The notes beneath the pieces are model-generated. The model saw nothing but the letters and a program-made list of their open reading frames with translations. It did not search any database and was not told the DNA's origin. A DNA stretch of 52,163 bases, the filler included, from Sphacelaria rigidula (taxonomy: Eukaryota), in assembly GCA_964200075.2 (NCBI GenBank). It is 2 parts of 2 records of this genome, joined end to end, with 100 filler letters (N's around TTAATTAATTAA, not from the genome) between each part and the next. Parts side by side here need not be neighbours in the genome. Positions count along the whole stretch, not along the records: positions 26,140 to 52,163 come from CAXNAA020000152.1; 1 more part is not named here. One strand, 5' to 3'. Positions 46,771 through 52,163 of this stretch are shown here, in pieces; position 1 is the first letter of the stretch, and each line of letters starts with the position of its first letter. The position numbers and the translations under genes are program-made.

Positions 46771-49607
46771 TAATACAAATGCCTCAGCACGATATATGCA
46801 CACACCGATATCTGAGCGCATCGAGTAACCCTTGGTCGTTGTGCTCCCGGGGACAGTCCAGGAGTTGTATTGTATAGTAAGCTGAAGGAGTACGGTACAG
46901 CACTGCACTACACACGCAGGTGCAGAACACGAGAGTGTAGCGGTGTGTACCTATGTTCAAACATCCAACTGCCAGAATGAAATCCGGCGCGTTGAATTAA
47001 ATTACGTACACCACCAGTCGTTTTCTGCGTCACGAAGGGTAAAACAACTTGAATACCCCGAAGCAGCTATGATTTGGTGCCGAACACATGGGGGCATACC
47101 TTTCGATATACGAGGAGTTATGACACGTTCGCGAGATTAAGAACGGATTTTGTTTCCGGAACGGGAGATTTTTCGGTTTTCACACAAGGCGGTCTAATCG
47201 TCCGAAAAGGCCGTCATCCCCCTGAAAGCCCGTGATCTACCGGGAATTCAGTGCAATCAGATTTAAAATCGATGACGCCTTCCATGAGATACGGCTGAAA
47301 ATGTGCATTTTTTTTGTTCTTCATTTTGACACATTCTTCCTTGATTTCTGTACTGACCTCGTCGATTTCAAATCTTTTTGCACTCTGATTCCCGTCAGAT
47401 CACGGGCATTCAGGGGAGTGACAGACCTTGCAAACGAGTCGACCGTCTTGGTGAAAGTCACGGGAAAGCGTCCGTTCCGAGAGAAAAAAAATCCGTTCCT
47501 AATCTGTCGAACATGTTGTCATATGTAGTTATCTGTCATGTTAGAGTGATGCTGATTAAACAGATTACCCAACTATGCTCGCGGTCAAACGTTTAATATG
47601 GGCAACAGGTATAGTAGATCGATCTACTGTTACCTGTCGTGACAACAAATGCCGTGAATTTTCCTCTGAAGGAGGAGTGAATGCCTTGCGGAATTCCTAC
47701 CTAATGGTGTTTGCTTCCGTCTCAGATGTTTTTGACCGTTTGTTTAGGTGGTGAGTGCTGCTGCGGGATGTGCATCGCGTTTTGACACTGAAGAAATACT
47801 CGCGATACAAAAACAACTGACTGTATCGGTATGTAGTTGATGTGCGGCATAAACCGGTCACAAAGTCGTCACCCGAAAATTCGAATGAAATTTCATCAGG
47901 GATGTTAACCCTTTTGTAACTCACAATGGAAAATTGATCATTTGCAATCGACGGTTTTTGAGCAAGATTTGGTTAATGGTTCACAGCTTAGACGCAACAA
48001 TATTTGCCCAACGCTTATGTTTCAGCCCCGTGCGAGTGACAAGTGGAACAAGAGAAGGTTTCCTATCTCCCTGTTGGGGCGAGGTCAAGGACCCGTCGGC
48101 GTTTTTTTTCTACACTCATAAGCTCCTTCCCCGGCCACAGTGCGCGGCAAGCCTCTGTGAAGCATGCTTCCCGCCTGACCTGCACGCCCTTCCCGCTGCA
48201 GTTTATACTCTTTGCGGCGTCATAACAACAAGGGCGACGCCGATGACACATTTTGCCATATTTATGAACTATCAGTGTAATACAATTCCAGGCAGTCACC
48301 TTTCCGTGCCGCCGAGGGTGCTGCGATATTGCCCTGTACAGTACTGGGTATGTTTACAGCAGTTTGGGGTACTCTTGACTGCAGACTTACGTCATGCACA
48401 ACATCGTGCTCATGCACGTCCCGACAGCACCATCCCGCCGTTTGAAAAATCTATAGAGGCGACGCAGACGCCATGTGCCCTGCAGTTATGCACCTTCACT
48501 GTGGTGCAGGCTGAGTCTGCCGAGAGTCGTCGCCCCAGGGGTGACGTTTTACTGCTTCGTTTCATGTCTGTATCGTATTTTGAAAATATCTCTGTAAAAC
48601 GCGAGGCATGCACAAAACTGCGCTCTGCCAAGCACGTGCCGACAACATCATACTGCGGGTTGACTATTGCACAACGGCGTAGCGAAAGGCATAGTTGCCC
48701 CCACAACATCTATACCGCGGGTTGATCGTTCCCGACCGTTGCACAGACATACTTCATGCTGCATGAGATTCATGACGCCGGCTACCGCTATCGTCTCGTG
48801 CCGTCTACTCTTGTGGCCGACTTTTCACGACATGCTTACACATCTTGCACGGAGTGTCGCCGCAAGTCAGTGCTGTATCCTGCTGTATTACTGACTGTAG
48901 TGTTTTTCATCTGGCCTGATTACGGTAGGCGGTGCCCGTTCGCTCCCTCCCGTGTGCATGTATATCGTCTGTGCGGACGCCTGCGATTACGCCCGCCATG
49001 CACAACCCACTGTGTCTTCCACATTTGGTGACGGGATTTCGCTGGGTTCGGCCATACTATGCTGTATGTACGGTGTGGCTTGATAAACTCGCCACCTGAT
49101 GCTGCAGCCCGCTAAATCGGTGCTTTCCTTATCTTCAAATAAATGCTGATATACCGTTGTGCCTGGTTGGACCCTGGAACCCATTGCTGTTTTTTTCATG
49201 GAATGTTTCACAGTGGTTTTGCTGATTATTGTAGATGGATACAAGTGGATACACTTCATCCGTTGCGTGGTATGATTGGACAAACCTCACCCGACCTCTC
49301 CAGGGAGGACGTTCTTCTTCGGTCTTTCATTATAGCAATGGTTACCGTCGGCTTTTTCTGTTTCCATCTTTTCCTTTCGGCCAGGTCTTCTCATAATAAG
49401 GCGTTTGGCCAGGGGCCGGGAGGGGAGGGTTCCAAAAGGGGTAACACAATTTCTCTGAAAAAAACGTAGGTGATACAAATGAATATATTGTTTGGGCGAT
49501 TCAGCGCCAATTTTCCCCGGAGTACAGTAGTGGTAGTTCGAGGCTTTGCGGATTGAGACACCTCGAAAAATCTTGCTATACTTTTCTGACAGGTTTCCAG
49601 CGCTCTT

Positions 49608-49855
49608 GACACTTTCTACCATAGCTCCCCCCAAAAAAGTGCATGATTTTGGAAGGCAAAATCTTCATGTGAATCGAAATGGGAAAAGCCGAGCACAGCG
49701 AGCAGCTGGGAATTCTCACGCTTGGGTTCGTTCTCGCTAATGTTGCCAATATGAGGCGCTTCATGCAGCCTGAACCCAAACATCAGACGCTGTATGGCAA
49801 TTTTTATCGCGACACGTTCGGTTGGTTTTGGGGGGGGGCTATCGTAGAAAGTGCC
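49608..49855. mobile_element. MITE with about 29-bp TIRs and a 4-bp TSD (TCTT)
   Basis: G(A/G)CACTTTCTAC(C/G)ATAGC(T/C)CCCCCC..AAAA TIRs; TCTT at 49604-49607 and 49856-49859; empty site present in the paralogue at about 43056-43072. Confidence 0.88.
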
Positions 49856-51851
49856 TCTTTCCGACCTTTTCGTACGTCCACTTCGACTTTTAGCCAGATG
49901 AATAATTTCTCAATACAGTAAACTCTTGACAAAAAACTTCGAAATCTCTCTCAGAGAACGTTTTTGGGTCACTTGAGAAACCGTTTTCGTGGACGATTCG
50001 ACAAATTATTCATCCGGCCAAAAGCCAGAGTGGGCGCACAAGAGTTCAAATACGTGCGCTAAAATCCTCCCAGAGGGCACAGCATCACGTTTTGACGAGG
50101 TGGCACAATCTGCCCAACCACGTATGGCGACGAAAATCGGCACTGAATATTCAAAATAGGCCTTTTTGTAGAGATTGTTCGTTGCAAGACAGCAAACGGC
50201 TTCATACGATTACCCGCCCCTTGGGTTTGTAGTGCCTTTGCGTTCCGCGCTGTGTTCTGCATGTCGTTAGGGCATCATGGTGTTGCGGTGCGTTCCGTTT
50301 AACTTCCTGTGTCCACGTCTCAGCGGACTCTTCGACCGTCAGGGGTACCGCCGTCCATCTCGAAAGCTTTTCATTTGTGGAATCAAGTTCGGTTCTACCG
50401 AAAGTTTAATCGGCATCATGTTCACTTGACGATCGGAAGACACGACATCGAATCATGGTATCGCTCTTCCCATCCTTCCTCGTGCTGATCTTTGTTTGCT
50501 TTATTATTTTTCGTTGAGTTACAAGCAGATTGGTGCAAAGTCACGCGCCACGTGCTCAGAAAATGAGCAGCCACGGCTTCAGCTGTGTGTTTCCTGTTCG
50601 CGGGGGGTACTCAATTAATCAGATCCACTTTAAATCGTGTTGGGTTGTGTCAAGCCTACCCATGTGCCACTGTCGACAGGAGATCCATGTCCCTCTTCGG
50701 GCTGAAGCAAAACAAGAAGTCGTTTCTGGAACCGGCATCGTTTTCACTCGAAAGTTGAACAGCATGATGTTCATTTGACAATCTGAAGACACGACATGAA
50801 ATCGTGCAGCTGATCTCCATTGAGCAGTCTTCCTCTCGGGGCAGGGCTTGCACCACTGGAGCGTGCTTTGATCTTGCACGCGTACCCGATCGTCTCAACT
50901 GTACTTCCTTCCCCCCTTTCTCCGCACTGCCGCAGCTGGTGCTACTACTGTTATGGCATGCGCAAGTTTTGCTCATCAGAACTAGCTGGATGCGACGGTA
51001 TTCACTTCAATTTCGAATTTGAATTGGCATCATCTCAGCGGGTGATGATCCTTCGTGTGAGTGTATTGTGCGCGTGTCTCACACAAATCATCGTCTCGCA
51101 TTGGATCTGAACCCTTTTTTGCAAGGTCACATACTAGGTGCTCAGCTGATGAGCAGCTATTAATACGACTTTTTCTTCACAGTGCCATGTGCCACGGCGC
51201 ATCACCCGTGCTCATGTATTTTGGCTGTCGATCCATCGAACGTGGCGGCGAAAGCCGCCGAAACCTTATATATATAATATAATTTCCCCTCAGACAGCTC
51301 CATGTCATTTCACTGGGTCCGGTTGGATTCCGCTGTCGACCTCCTTTACGCGGGCTGATGGGCATAGCTGAACGTACAAGATGTACATGATCATATGCGA
51401 CAGTTTTGTCTTTGTTTCACCATGGATATTTCGAGAACTTCGACCTCGATGTTTTTCCACCACGGAGTTTTGTCGCAAGAAAAACAGCAAATGAGCCAGG
51501 GTATCTATCCTCCCGATTTGGCTGAATTCAGATATGAACTACAATCCTTGGCCAATTTTCGTGAATAAAGCCAACCCTCCTGGACCCTCACAGAGCAATT
51601 TTTCGCAGTTCTCTCTGTTGAAAATGTCGAGAAGAAGTCTGAGGGGGATTAACATGAGTTCTTCAGGTTGAGCCGTTCCAATCCGCTGAAGAGAAGCAGG
51701 ATTTCCACTTGGATTCACCAAGATCGAACTAGTAATTCATGAAGGTGGAGTTTTCTCGAAGCATGAAGACATGAAAGTTCGAATCCATGGAATCCATCGG
51801 CAGTACAGAGCATTCCAACCGTGTATCCCGCTTTGTTTGAACGTCCGTAAA

Positions 51852-51855
51852 CCCC

Positions 51856-51889
<34 letters not shown>

Positions 51890-51940
51890 CATTCCCCCAC
51901 CTTTTCTTCTTTTTTTTTTTTTTTGTTTTTTATTTTTTTT
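51852..51940. repeat. Poly-C followed by poly-T low-complexity tract
   Basis: Direct reading of the sequence. Confidence 0.9.
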
Positions 51941-52163
51941 GAAACATTCCGAGTACATTCGCGTAACTTGTGTAGAATTTTGCCTTCTTGGACTATACAT
52001 GTTCTGCGCCTTTTCAGATACAAAATGGCGCGCATCTATACCAATCTTAGCCGTTGTCGTAAAATTGTATTTCAACACCGGGCTGTTGTCATGAGCAATA
52101 CTACGGTAGGGATGCATTTTTTTCGCGAAATTATGTCTAGTTCAGGGGCTCCTAACGATTCTA

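Noticed and set aside
47934-48725. Longest ORF in the track (263 aa)
   Set aside because: Non-ATG start, no recognisable motif, Cys-rich random composition; likely a chance ORF.
51715-52117. Poly-Gly, poly-Pro and poly-Lys ORFs
   Set aside because: These are translations of homopolymer C and T tracts.

Overview
Eukaryotic, intron-rich and repeat-dense genomic DNA. The style suggests a stramenopile, probably a brown alga (inference only). No prokaryotic operons, CRISPR arrays, rRNA or true tRNA genes were seen. The main gene is a + strand, about 14-exon Topoisomerase VI B-like gene (about 7300-22682, about 600-630 aa), which I spliced by hand with phase-consistent junctions. It looks like the meiotic SPO11 partner (TOPOVIBL/MTOPVIB type: no H2TH domain, MTOPVIB-like C-terminal motif), yet it keeps all GHKL ATP-binding motifs and the transducer switch-lysine loop. 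A second, weaker gene is a fragmentary polycystin-2/TRPP-like channel (best exons 31663-33130), possibly decaying. The rest is transposon-derived: two degenerate LINEs, LINE 3' ends embedded in poly-C tracts, a tRNA-derived SINE family (4 copies), MITEs (one with an empty-site paralogue), a 42-bp minisatellite, and composite elements carrying head-to-tail arrays of a 102-bp TTAA-joined inverted-repeat unit. There are three assembly gaps; the one at 26040-26139 contains an artificial TTAATTAATTAA linker, so contiguity across it is not guaranteed. All alignments were done by eye and no database search was run.
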